64,000 nucleotides of DNA from Gammaproteobacteria bacterium (GTDB lineage Bacteria; Pseudomonadota; Gammaproteobacteria; M30B25): assembly GCA_018402195.1 (NCBI GenBank), contig JAGYIW010000001.1, positions 31,201 to 95,200 on the forward strand. Reading direction: 5' to 3'. Below are positions 40,105-50,448 of this stretch, piece after piece (the first letter of the stretch is position 1; every line of letters begins with the position of its first letter). Under the pieces are notes generated by a model. It did not search any database, was not told the DNA's origin, and saw nothing but the letters and a program-made list of their open reading frames with translations. The translations under genes and the position numbers were made by a program.

Positions 40105-40528
40105 AAACTTGCTCCCCCTATGAAAAACCCCTTATGCAGCAAAGTTTATCGGAGTCTTCACCGAATCGCAAGGAGACTGCAGCAAGCAAACGAATATCTT
40201 CTCAAGCAAGTTGAGTCCCAGATCATCGTAATTCCACAAGTCACTGTGGGACAGCGAGGTTTTTTTGCAAGAAGAGCTGAAGAAGCTGCTTCATTAAATA
40301 TGCAGCAACAGGGCAGTCATGGAGCTGCTAAAAGTCCTTGTTGTGGGTTAATGTGATGTAAGAGGTAATATAGAGCCATGCAGGCGGTTCTTTCCTGGTA
40401 TAGGGTGCATGCAGTGAATGTCATGCTACCATAGCCTGGCAAAAGCGCCTAAAGCATCCTTTAAGAGGCAATCTGGTCATACGAAGCCCTGAAAGCTGTG
40501 CCGCAACTATTCAGGGCCTACAGACAAT

Positions 40529-41239
40529 TCAACCACCAAAAGGACTGAAATTAGTATCTCTATCAAAAATATCGACATTTTCACGGCGCTTCAAAAACCC
40601 CGTAAGCACATAAACCAACGGGGTCACCATCACCTCATAAGCAATCTTCAATATGTACATAGTCCCCATCAAACTTACCATCTGATGAGCATCCAAAATG
40701 CCATAAAAAGCTATAGCCGTGAAAATAATGGTATCCGAAGCCTGTCCCACTACCGTTGAACCAATAGTACGCATCCAGAGGTGCTTACCTTGAGTTTTCA
40801 CTTTCAATTTAGCCAACACATAGGCATTCATAAACTCACCCACAAGATAGCTGACCATAGAAGCAAAAACGATCTGCGGCGTGTGCCCCATTATCATAGC
40901 AAATTGTTCTTGTTCGTGCCAAATAGACGCAGGTGGAAGCAAAATCGCCACTTCTGCCAGTAGCGCAAAAGCAATATTACAAAACAGCGCCCCCCAAATC
41001 ACAGGACGAAAATTTCTATAGCCATAAACCTCGGTAAGCACATCGGCCAACACGTATGTCATGGGATAGATAATCGATGCAGCCGTCACTTCATAAGCAC
41101 CTACAGAAATCAATTTCTGAGCCAAGATATTGGCCGCAATAAGAAGTGATACAAAAAACATTGCCATAGGCACATAATAATGAAATGTCACCTGGGCCTT
41201 ATTGGCATGGTGAATTTGGTTATTTACTTGGTTTGGCAT
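40529..41239 (-). CDS. Queuosine-precursor transporter (YhhQ/DUF165, VUT family)
   Basis: 236-aa 6-TM protein with a characteristic YhhQ N-terminus (IIYPMTYVLADVLTEVYGY). Confidence 0.8.
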   Translation of the reverse strand: MPNQVNNQIHHANKAQVTFHYYVPMAMFFVSLLIAANILAQKLISVGAYEVTAASIIYPMTYVLADVLTEVYGYRNFRPVIWGALFCNIAFALLAEVAILLPPASIWHEQEQFAMIMGHTPQIVFASMVSYLVGEFMNAYVLAKLKVKTQGKHLWMRTIGSTVVGQASDTIIFTAIAFYGILDAHQMVSLMGTMYILKIAYEVMVTPLVYVLTGFLKRRENVDIFDRDTNFSPFGG

Positions 41240-41841
41240 ATTTCCCCCTCGCGGATGATTGATTGAATTTCCACCAACATTTTTCTGATCGCTTTTCCTC
41301 TATGACTCATGCTGGACTTTTCTGCAACAGAAAGCTCTGCGGCAGAACATTGATGGCCAACACCCCTAAAAACAGGGTCGTAGCCAAACCCTTGTGAACC
41401 CACAGAATCATGAGCAATCGTGCCCTCCCATACCCCCTGGGTCACCACAGGAACAGGGTCATCTGCAGAACGCAAAAACACCAAAACACAAATGAAATAA
41501 GCAAACCGGTCTTTGACATCAGACATCGTCTCTAACAGCTTATATATATTTTGCTGATCTGTAGCCGTTTCACCAGCATAACGAGCAGAAGTGACGCCTG
41601 GCTTGCCGCCCAAGGCTGGCACCACCAAGCCTGAATCATCAGCCAAAACAGGGCACACCAATTGCTGTGCAACATGCCTCGCCTTGATCAAAGCATTTTC
41701 CAAAAAACTAAGCCCTGTCTCGGCAGGAGAAGCAACTTCATAATCTCGCATAGAAACAAGAGGAATAGATACCTCAGAAAAAGCTGAAGTGATTTCTTTG
41801 GTTTTACCCGCATTCAAACTTGCAAAGACTATACTCACATC
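41224..41841 (-). CDS. rdgB: dITP/XTP pyrophosphatase (Ham1/RdgB family)
   Basis: Ham1 motifs (SIVFASLNAGKTKEI ... FGYDPVF). The ORF is open to 41913. The probable GTG/Val start is at ~41841, abutting the prmC stop. Confidence 0.8.
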   Translation of the reverse strand, partial: DVSIVFASLNAGKTKEITSAFSEVSIPLVSMRDYEVASPAETGLSFLENALIKARHVAQQLVCPVLADDSGLVVPALGGKPGVTSARYAGETATDQQNIYKLLETMSDVKDRFAYFICVLVFLRSADDPVPVVTQGVWEGTIAHDSVGSQGFGYDPVFRGVGHQCSAAELSVAEKSSMSHRGKAIRKMLVEIQSIIREGEICQTK

Positions 41842-42694
41842 AACCCCCTGGCCACATGGCTTTGGTAAAAATTTGCTTTCCTGACGCATCCTTACCATGC
41901 TCAACAGAAGCATATCCCGCCTGATAAAGCAGAGTCGCTATCGATTGAGCTTGATCATAACCATGCTCAAACACCAAGCAACCCTGCCTACACAAAAGAG
42001 ACTTGGCCTCATCAACCATACGGCGAATAAAAGCCAAACCATCATTACCTGCTACCAAAGCCAGCCTTGGCTCGAAGCATACACCATCTCTCTGCAAATG
42101 TGGATCGTTTTCAGCGATGTACGGCGGATTTGATACTACCAAATCCACTGATCTCAATATCGATGCTGTCGCCTGTCCTAACAAACCATCCTGTTCTATA
42201 AACATCACACCATCAGCGCCGAGCTGCTGGGCATTTCGCTGAGCAACTGCCAAAGCCGCAGCACTCACATCAACAGCCATGATTGACCAATCACGCCTAG
42301 CCAAAGCCAAGCTGACCGCAATCACACCACTGCCAGTTCCCAAATCAATACAACGCAAAGACTCCTTTGAAGAAAATGCTAGCACCCATTCAACTAATTC
42401 TTCAGTTTCTGGTCTGGGCACCAAAGTATGCCTATTAACGTCAAAGTTTCTGCCCATAAAAGACATATCGCCAAGCAAATAAGCCAAGGGATTTCCCGCA
42501 GCCCTGGAAGCGACTAAAGTCGCAAAGATATCGAGAGTATCATTGTCAATGGCGTGTTCAGGATAAGTAATTAAGTATGCTTGCGATTTACCCAAAACAT
42601 GCGCTAACAAGTGTACCGCATCCAATCTTGACGACGGCAAAGCCACCAGCTCTTGCTGAGCCCATATCAAAGCGCTGTGAACGGTATTATCCAT
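41840..42694 (-). CDS. prmC: Release factor glutamine N5-methyltransferase
   Basis: VVSNPPY catalytic motif and SAM motif ([12 protein letters not shown]). It overlaps prfA by 8 nt. Confidence 0.88.
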   Translation of the reverse strand: MDNTVHSALIWAQQELVALPSSRLDAVHLLAHVLGKSQAYLITYPEHAIDNDTLDIFATLVASRAAGNPLAYLLGDMSFMGRNFDVNRHTLVPRPETEELVEWVLAFSSKESLRCIDLGTGSGVIAVSLALARRDWSIMAVDVSAAALAVAQRNAQQLGADGVMFIEQDGLLGQATASILRSVDLVVSNPPYIAENDPHLQRDGVCFEPRLALVAGNDGLAFIRRMVDEAKSLLCRQGCLVFEHGYDQAQSIATLLYQAGYASVEHGKDASGKQIFTKAMWPGG

Positions 42695-43772
42695 TGACCT
42701 GACTTAATATTTCCGCCTGATGCTCACGCAAAATTGGATCAATCACCTGCCCCAAACAGCCCTCCATCACCTCATCCAGCTTATAGATAGTTAGCCCGAT
42801 ACGATGGTCAGTAACACGACCTTGGGGAAAATTGTAGGTACGAATACGTTCAGAACGATCACCACTACCAACCTGTAACTTTCTAGCCTTTGCCTGCTCA
42901 TCAACCTTGGCCTGCTGCTCTGAATCTAACAGCTTTGCCTGTAAATAAGCCATGGCTTTGGCTTTATTCTTATGCTGCGAACGTTCTTCTTGGCACTCCA
43001 CTACCACACCAGTAGGCATATGGGTGATACGCACGGCAGAATCGGTTTTGTTGACATGCTGTCCACCTGCACCCGAAGAGCGATAGGTATCAATACGTAG
43101 ATCTTGTGGATTGATATCAATGGCTTCAACGCCATCCATCACTGGCAAAACTGCAACCGTACAAGCTGAGGTATGAATACGCCCCTGAGACTCTGTGGCT
43201 GGCACACGCTGTACTCGATGTGCCCCAGACTCAAACTTAAGCCTAGCATAAACTTGATCCCCGGAGACTTGGCAAACAATTTCTTTGTATCCCCCATGTT
43301 CACCAACACTTTCCGATACCACTGTCACCTTCCAGCCCGACATATCAGCATAGCGACTGTACATGCGAAATAAATCCCCAGAAAAAATAGCAGCCTCATC
43401 ACCACCCGTCCCAGCACGAATCTCCAAATAAACATTTTTTTCATCGCTGGGGTCTTCTGGAATCAAATGTAACATCAGAGATTGATGCTGCTCTTCAGCC
43501 AGCATTTGGTTATCTTGCCAATCTTGCTTGGCAACCTCAGCTAGCTCAGGATCATCCATCAACGCAAACGATTCTTTGATATTGGTCTGTGTTTGCTGAT
43601 AGGCTTCAAACAACTCCGCCAGAGGCCCCAGTCTGGCATACTCCTTGGACAGTGATTGAAATTTCGCTTGATTGCCAATAACCCCAGGGTCGCTCAGCAA
43701 CACCCCAAGTTCTTCATGTCGCTCGACCAAATGGGCCAATTTGCTAAGTAATGCATCAGAAAGCATGATCAA
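42687..43772 (-). CDS. prfA: Peptide chain release factor 1
   Basis: [16 protein letters not shown] with the PxT-type RF1 sequence, 361 aa. Confidence 0.95.
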   Translation of the reverse strand: MIMLSDALLSKLAHLVERHEELGVLLSDPGVIGNQAKFQSLSKEYARLGPLAELFEAYQQTQTNIKESFALMDDPELAEVAKQDWQDNQMLAEEQHQSLMLHLIPEDPSDEKNVYLEIRAGTGGDEAAIFSGDLFRMYSRYADMSGWKVTVVSESVGEHGGYKEIVCQVSGDQVYARLKFESGAHRVQRVPATESQGRIHTSACTVAVLPVMDGVEAIDINPQDLRIDTYRSSGAGGQHVNKTDSAVRITHMPTGVVVECQEERSQHKNKAKAMAYLQAKLLDSEQQAKVDEQAKARKLQVGSGDRSERIRTYNFPQGRVTDHRIGLTIYKLDEVMEGCLGQVIDPILREHQAEILSQVNG

Positions 43773-43783
43773 TCCTAACCTAA

Positions 43784-45049
43784 TTAATAAGTAGTTTCTT
43801 CAACCCCAAGCAAGAGCTTCATAAGCATCAATATAGACTCATGGCCATCATAAGCAGCTTGTTTCATCAAAACAGTAGGCTTGTGGATAATTTTATTGCT
43901 GATAAGGCGAACACAATCAGCCAAAACCTTGTCTTGATCCTCACCTCGTGCCAAACGCTTCTTGGCTTTTTGTAATTCCAGCTGACATATACGTTCAACT
44001 TGGCCTCTAAACGTTTTGATGGCGTCATTCACATGCAGTGCTTGCAGCTCTTGATGCAAATGATCCGCCTGCAACACAATCAGCTTGTTAGCTTCTTCTG
44101 CAGCTTGCTGGCGACATTGCTTATTTTCAACCACCATGCGTTGCAAATCGTCCATGTTATAAAGATAAGTATTACGCACCTGGCTGACTTCTGGCTCAAT
44201 ATCCCTAGGAACCGCTAAGTCTACCATAAGCAAAGGGCGGTTTTTTCTCGCCAACATCGCAGTTTCCACCATGCCTTTCCCTAACGGTGGCAGCTGGCTT
44301 GCTGTGCTGGTCCTGGCTCCTTATCCACAGTATGCAGCCAATGAGGGCGTATCGGCAATACCAACAGCCTGACCTCTAAGACGATTGGCCAACAACTCGC
44401 CTTTGACCTGGGAACGGCTGGCAATGGTAAAATCCAGCACGCCACGCTTTTTCAGATGCAAGCCTGCCAATTCAGCAGTTTCGCCTGCGCCAACTAAGAG
44501 CACTCGCATTTGTGAAAAATCATCAAAAAAACGCTTTGCAATTTCCACCACCAAATAAGCCACACTAACCACTGAAGCACCAATAGGGGTGCAAGTACGC
44601 ACTTGCTTACCTACAGTGAGTACACGTTCAAACAAATAGTGCAAATGACTGCCCAAAGTCCCAGCAGTTTTCGCTTGGGCAAAAGCTTGTTTGACTTGAT
44701 GGCTGATTTGTGACTCACCCACCACCATGGAGTCGACACCGCTAACCACCTGCATCAAATGCTGGGTTGCAGTTTGTCCGTGATGGCAGTACCAATGCGG
44801 CGCCAACATTGCTTCATCTACCTCACAAAAGGCTGCCAATTGTGGCAATAAAGCTTCAGAAGAAGGCGCTTGCACATAAAGCTCAAAGCGGTTACAAGTG
44901 GACAGCACTACAGCTTCATTGGCAGCACGCTGTTCTTTCAAATGGTGTAAAAGTTCCGTCATACGCTCATGCGTCAACGCCAACGACTCGCGCAACGCCA
45001 ATGGCGCCGAATGATGACTCAATCCACAGGCATATAAACCCACGATCAA
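43784..45049 (-). pseudogene. hemA: Glutamyl-tRNA reductase with a single in-frame TAA (codon 243, plus-strand 44321-44323)
   Basis: The ORF track splits it into 44321-45049 (N-terminal) and 43784-44272 (C-terminal). Both pieces are in the same frame: 1266 nt = 422 codons. Translation through the stop gives ...AAYCG*GARTSTASQLPPLGKGMVE..., which aligns with E. coli HemA ...[21 protein letters not shown]... Confidence 0.7.
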
Positions 45050-45265
45050 CCTCTCTTAAAAATTCTGGCCAGAGTCTAGCAGCATTCAGCATTTTTTTCA
45101 AAAGTCATTATGTTAGATGTAGGACCACCTCTTTAAAATTGAGGTTTATGACCTAAAGTCAACGCAGATGCAGCATGCAGCGACACCATTTAGTGCTTGA
45201 AGTTAAACGGGCCTCCTCCTCGCGAACCCCAAACGGCAGCGGAGGCCGGCCCTAAACGATGATTT

Positions 45266-47104
45266 TTATTGGGCATTTTCGGTGATGCTACTACTGGGTG
45301 TGACACACCTAATATTTTCGGAAGCGCCGCCTTTTTGGGCGGTGTTATCATCACTAGGAGGAAAAAAACTCATTTTTTTCAACGCTCCTGGCGGAGTAAA
45401 TACAGGTTTAGGGGGTTTAGATAATATGGTTTCTCCCTTAAGTAGAGATTGGGTTGAAGAAAGTGTCTCAACCCATTCTTTTATTTTATCAAAATTACCA
45501 CCCATCTCCCATAGTCGCTTATGATAGTAAATAGAACTATAGCTTGGAAAGCCGGGGCGCAACAACTTCTTCCAGGTCATATTCGTAGACTTATAAAGTA
45601 TCAGCGTCTGCATAATCTTAATCAACTTAACCTCGTCCCGCTGCATTCCTGAAGGCGTTCTCAAAGCTGCTTCAAATGCTGGAGGCCTGGCACCCACGAC
45701 AACATTACCGTCAACAGTCGTATCAGAGTCACGCAGATCTCTCGCGATCGCTTCGTCATTTTCTGTATCATTAGCAGGCTTAGACAAACGTTGCCAAGCA
45801 GCGACTGCTCCAGTCACATCAAGCACTTTAGGCAAAAAAAACTTTTCAGAAGGAAAATCCACCTCACTCCTTTCATCTTCAAATGCTTTTACCTCCTGTG
45901 CAAGATGCTCCTTACCACTTTTAAGAAAGTCAAGAACAATTTTATGACTATCTTCTTCTGTACTCCCTTGCCTTAAGACCCTTTTAACAAGATTATTAGC
46001 AATAAAATTGTACTCATGTGCCATGACGCTATCCCTTTCCTCCGAGTACTTAGGGCACAGATAGAAACCCATGCGCACCATCTGACCATAAACATTGCCA
46101 CTATAAGATTCACTCTTCTTATCGGGTAAATACCTTTGAAAAATAGCGTGGCATTGTCCAATATAGATATCAGGTGTGTACTTTTCAACATCATTGAGTA
46201 GGGCAACAAACTGACCTATTGCTCCTTTCTGCACATTCTCAAAATACTGTAAAACCTCGAGAAAAGATCCGGTCAACATCTCTTTTAAGAGATTTTTTAT
46301 TTCTTCTTTATATACATCGTTACCTACCAAAACATCTGGTCCAGGTTTAGTCATAGCTTCTTCGAGTTTTTCTTTCAAAAGGCTATAATTCAACAAATCT
46401 TCTGCAGACTTATCACGATAACCTTTTTTCTGTTTGCAAGCCCCTGCCACAATTAAAAGCCTGACTATTTTGGTGTGACCAGCTCTTACCGCAATATTAA
46501 GTGGCAAATCAAATCTAGGTCGTGAAGAGTCACTGGTAAACGGGCAAGCCTCACCTGATAATTCCGTCCAAAGCCAGTCAGGGTGGTCTTTCCAATTTGC
46601 ACTGCCATCATCATCAAGTGAAGCACCTTCTCGAATGAATTTCTCAACTAACTCTTCATTCCCCCCCGAAATAACCCAGTTAAAAGCAGTAGGATGCTTA
46701 TCTGGCTCAAATGTAATTTTTTTTGATTGCAATAGTTCGGCCCAAATCAAAGATTTTACTGTATCCCAATCTTCCAGATAAGCAGCTGCTGTTAGAGCAG
46801 TACCCCAAGGATAACTCTGCCAATGTAAATTGGGTTTCTGATTCAAAATCTCCTTGATAAATGCACTTTTCTTGTCCCCCAAATCATCTCTAATCACCGC
46901 CAAAATCAATGGAGTCTGCTGCAAATCATCGCAACAATTCACGTCAATCACTTGAGAGGCTGTAGACTTTGTAGGAACCAAAACATCTGGACTATCACAA
47001 TCATCCATACCTGCAGACAGATCATCAGAATCATGCCACAACAAGTCCATCAGTTTTTCATAAGAACCTTCTCTTGCAATTTTTAACAGCGTTTCGTTTG
47101 ACAT
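45266..47104 (-). CDS. Ankyrin-repeat protein (eukaryotic-like, effector-type), paralog of 25923-27629
   Basis: 612 aa with Ank-like repeats (TPLILAVIRDD...; LPLNIAVRAGHTKIVRLLIVAGA). Collinear similarity to the first copy. Confidence 0.8.
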   Translation of the reverse strand: MSNETLLKIAREGSYEKLMDLLWHDSDDLSAGMDDCDSPDVLVPTKSTASQVIDVNCCDDLQQTPLILAVIRDDLGDKKSAFIKEILNQKPNLHWQSYPWGTALTAAAYLEDWDTVKSLIWAELLQSKKITFEPDKHPTAFNWVISGGNEELVEKFIREGASLDDDGSANWKDHPDWLWTELSGEACPFTSDSSRPRFDLPLNIAVRAGHTKIVRLLIVAGACKQKKGYRDKSAEDLLNYSLLKEKLEEAMTKPGPDVLVGNDVYKEEIKNLLKEMLTGSFLEVLQYFENVQKGAIGQFVALLNDVEKYTPDIYIGQCHAIFQRYLPDKKSESYSGNVYGQMVRMGFYLCPKYSEERDSVMAHEYNFIANNLVKRVLRQGSTEEDSHKIVLDFLKSGKEHLAQEVKAFEDERSEVDFPSEKFFLPKVLDVTGAVAAWQRLSKPANDTENDEAIARDLRDSDTTVDGNVVVGARPPAFEAALRTPSGMQRDEVKLIKIMQTLILYKSTNMTWKKLLRPGFPSYSSIYYHKRLWEMGGNFDKIKEWVETLSSTQSLLKGETILSKPPKPVFTPPGALKKMSFFPPSDDNTAQKGGASENIRCVTPSSSITENAQ

Positions 47105-47125
47105 ACTGACCTCCCACCTTCTACT

Positions 47126-48526
47126 CTATAGCCCTGCAACAACACTTGAATAGCTCTTGATTCCCTTCAGGACGGGCACCTGAACTGGGTCATCACCACC
47201 ATCATTTGACTTGAAATGATCAATGCAATCTCCAAGCCCCTCCTCACAAAGGGAATACTCAAGCAAACATTTTTCATCAACCAAAAACAAATTCCCTCCA
47301 GCAAAATTAGTAATATTTCCATCCTTAAGCATAACTTTCACCAAATTCTCCACAAAATCAGCGGTGCGCATGTCGATGTTATCACCAGAAACATTAGCAC
47401 ACACCATAGTGATAGTATCATTTTCTGAGTTGCATGAATCTGTGTGTCTCAAAGCAATCACACAGCCCTGAGGCACACCCTCAGTTGGAAAATCCACCCA
47501 AAAATTAGAGTCGAGCAAAGACGGCAGTTTATCCAAAAGAAGATTCATAGCCTTAACAAATGAACGAATATCTATATTCCCGTCGTAATCAAAGGGGTAG
47601 TAGGGGCAATAATATTTTGTTCAAAAACCATGTAGCCGCCAGCGAGGAGCCAAAAATTCATCATACACCAGCATATACCAGCCACTATCAGAGGCCATCA
47701 AAATACCAAACAATTTTTCCTTTGCCATATTCGCTGAAAGTGTCTTTTGAGGTAAATGCTCCTCGTCGATCATTATGCTATCCAGACGTTTTCTACCTTG
47801 CCCAGGCCGAAAGTAAAATTCATCAGTCACTAAATTGTCCACGCTCGTTAACACCGCAAGAGACCCTACATCGTGATTACCCGAGTAACCTATGGTACCC
47901 CCACCCCCACTGGAAAGCATGTCCTTTCTAAACTCACAAATATTCTCAAGTAAATTATCTCCATGATTCCAACCTCGATCTTTTGGATGTTTTCGCTTCT
48001 TCATAACAAACTCATAGGGGCTCAGACCATCACTTTCTGACGTCTTGTTAAGTCTCCTAGCGCCAACGGTAAACTCAAAATGAGCAGAATTATTGAGAAT
48101 ATGAGTCAGTCCTGACTGATCAAAGACCCCCCAAAATTCCCCAGGATTATGATGCATAAGCTCACCCAAAATAACGGCTCTACATCCAGCCAATTTATTG
48201 CAACAGTCTTCTACTTCGACACAAATCTTTTGGACCAATAAAGGATCTAACTGTTTAACCGCATCGATTCGCACACCCATAAAACCGTATTCAGAAATAT
48301 ACTTTTGAATTAGTGGTTTCCAAAATTTATCAAAGACATCGTCAAAATATCCCAGTTTATTTTCTTTTGCTGAATACAAAAACTTGCGAATATCCTCATT
48401 GGCGACACTTCTTCCACCTGGTGGAAACTTCTCAAGTTGATCTTTAAATTGGTTCACCAGGGGATTTTGATCGCTGTTAAATTTGTCGTCGCCCTCCTCT
48501 AATCTGCTCCCATGCAAAAATGCCAT
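47126..48526 (-). pseudogene. GH13_18 sucrose-phosphorylase-like gene, N-terminally truncated and disrupted by two frameshifts
   Basis: The upper ORF carries GH13 region II GVRIDAVKQ, region III ILGELMHH and region IV GYSGNHDVG, plus SPase-like 'KFWKPLIQKYISEY'. The reading frame continues only in the +1 frame over 47549-47650 (GGYMVFEQNIIAPTTPFDYDGNIDIRSFVKA), matching the paralog's ...SYMVFDNYEGESFSGCTDHDLRSFIWS. The lower ORF 47126-47548 matches the paralog's C-terminus. About 85 aa, including region I, are missing because the rsmD stop lies 2 codons upstream. Confidence 0.65.
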
Positions 48527-48532
48527 TTGGTG

Positions 48533-49084
48533 CTACTTAGCGGCCAACAAAAATCCATGCACAGCCCCAACCTTGGTATACTTAAGGGGTTTAAGCCAGT
48601 CAGGCCAATCAGGGTCTTTCAACTCAGTTTCGACATAAATCAAAGCTTCTTGAGCCAAAAGATTTTTAGCTTGGAGGATATCCACACTCACTGAAACCAA
48701 CCCCTGGGAAAAAGGCGGATCGAGCAGCACCAAATCAAAAGGCTGCCCCTGGAGTTTGGGCACTATTTGGGCAAAGTTACCCTGATAAATCGATGTGGCT
48801 CGGGTTTCTAAAAGTCCAGCATTCGCATGCAAATGCTGCACCAAAACTCTATTGGACTCAATCATGGTCACATGTTCTGCCCCACGAGACAAAGCTTCAA
48901 AACCCAAAGCACCAGTCCCAGCATAAGCATCTAAACAACGCTTACCACGCACGCTCTGCTGCAACCAATTAAACAATGTCTCTCGCATTCTATCTGGTGT
49001 AGGCCTAAGATCCGGCTGATCAGAAAACCTCAGCACCCGACTACGCCAAGTGCCGCCGATGATGCGAACTTTATTTTGCTGCAT
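48533..49084 (-). CDS. rsmD: 16S rRNA (guanine966-N2)-methyltransferase
   Basis: Aligns to E. coli RsmD from MQQNKVRIIGGTWRSR...LRPTPDRMRETLFNWL...LDAYAGTGALGFEALSRGA. The ORF is open to 49129. Confidence 0.85.
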   Translation of the reverse strand: MQQNKVRIIGGTWRSRVLRFSDQPDLRPTPDRMRETLFNWLQQSVRGKRCLDAYAGTGALGFEALSRGAEHVTMIESNRVLVQHLHANAGLLETRATSIYQGNFAQIVPKLQGQPFDLVLLDPPFSQGLVSVSVDILQAKNLLAQEALIYVETELKDPDWPDWLKPLKYTKVGAVHGFLLAAK

Positions 49085-50441
49085 GCGCTTCACTGCCCCC
49101 CACAGTGACGATCGCCATGTGGTTGGCATTTAAATGCTTATGAAAAGAGGCGCTAATGCCTTCCAAGGTTACCGCATTAATCTTATCTGGATAGGTATGC
49201 AAAAAATCCAATGGCAAATGGTAAAAGCCCATATTCGCTAATGCCTCTGCTAAGCCACTGTTACTTGCCAAAGAAAAAACATAACTACGACTTAAATAGC
49301 GCTTAGCGGAACGTAACTCTTCTTCAGTTACCCCGTTAGCCATAAAATCGGCAAACACTTTTTGTGTCTGTGACAAAGCCTCACTGGCTTGATCATTGCG
49401 GGTAGAAAACATCATGGTAAAAGATCCTGGAAACAAAGCCGGAGAAAAACCACTGCTAATGTGATAAGCCAATCCACTGGCTTCACGTACGGTTTTAAAA
49501 AGTCGCGAGTTCATCCCGCCACCCAAAATATGACTACCCACCAACAAAGGAAAATAATCCGGATCATCCCGCGCTATCGCCACCTGCCCCATCAATACTG
49601 TAGTCTGTGTCGATGGAAAATCTACGTGCTGCCGCCCTGCCCTCATGGTCTGATTGCTAACTGTCAAAGCAGGAACATCCCCTTTGGGCAAACCCTGCAG
49701 CACCATATCAGCCAAACTTTTTGCTTCCATGGTGGTCAGATCTCCAACTATGGCCAAAACCCCATGATTGGCAAGAAAGTGTTGTTTATAAAACCCCTGC
49801 AAACGATCACGCGTCACCGCATTCAAGCATGCCTTTGAACCCAAAGCCCCATGGCCATAAGGTTGATCACCATAAAGTGCTTGAAGATATGTGCGCTGTG
49901 CGGTAAACCCTGGCTGTTGCGCCATGATATCGTAGCTACGCAACAAATTATTGCGCATACGCTCCATAGATGGCTCCGGAAAATTGGGTTCAGTCAATAC
50001 TTGATGCAATAACTTAACGGCTGGATCAAAATAATCAGGATCTCGCAACGTACGCAAATGCACGCTCACACTATCAAGCCCAGCACCTGCAGAAAAAGCA
50101 GCCCCAACACTTTCAAAAGCCACCGCAATAGCATCGGCATCTTGATCAGCTGCCCCCTCATCCAGCATCCCTGCAGTAAAATTGGCCACGCCAGGACAGT
50201 TAGCATCAAAAGCAGAGCCTGCTGGTAGCAATAAAGTCAAATCCACCATGGGTAATTCATGGGTGGCAATGAACAAAACTTCAGCTCCTTGCTTGCTTTG
50301 CCAATGTTCCACTGCCGGATTGGGCCTGGCTAAAGGCACATCATCATCGACCATAGCATCTAATCGCAACCATGCACCGGTCACCAAGACCATTCCCAAC
50401 GACGCAACAAGCAATTTGGTTGTTAATCTATCCAACATCAT
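49071..50441 (-). CDS. M16-family peptidase (second, probably non-catalytic subunit/paralog)
   Basis: Insulinase-like fold with no HxxEH motif, and a signal-peptide-like N-terminus (MMLDRLTTKLLVASLGMVLV). The ORF is open to 50495. Confidence 0.75.
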   Translation of the reverse strand: MMLDRLTTKLLVASLGMVLVTGAWLRLDAMVDDDVPLARPNPAVEHWQSKQGAEVLFIATHELPMVDLTLLLPAGSAFDANCPGVANFTAGMLDEGAADQDADAIAVAFESVGAAFSAGAGLDSVSVHLRTLRDPDYFDPAVKLLHQVLTEPNFPEPSMERMRNNLLRSYDIMAQQPGFTAQRTYLQALYGDQPYGHGALGSKACLNAVTRDRLQGFYKQHFLANHGVLAIVGDLTTMEAKSLADMVLQGLPKGDVPALTVSNQTMRAGRQHVDFPSTQTTVLMGQVAIARDDPDYFPLLVGSHILGGGMNSRLFKTVREASGLAYHISSGFSPALFPGSFTMMFSTRNDQASEALSQTQKVFADFMANGVTEEELRSAKRYLSRSYVFSLASNSGLAEALANMGFYHLPLDFLHTYPDKINAVTLEGISASFHKHLNANHMAIVTVGGSEAHAAK

Positions 50442-50448
50442 GATCACC

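Noticed and set aside
41224-41913. Long N-terminal extension of rdgB overlapping prmC by 74 nt
   Set aside because: The Ham1 homology starts at VSIVFASLNAGK. The extension ([15 protein letters not shown]...) has no counterpart and overlaps the prmC 3' end. An internal GTG/ATG start is more likely.
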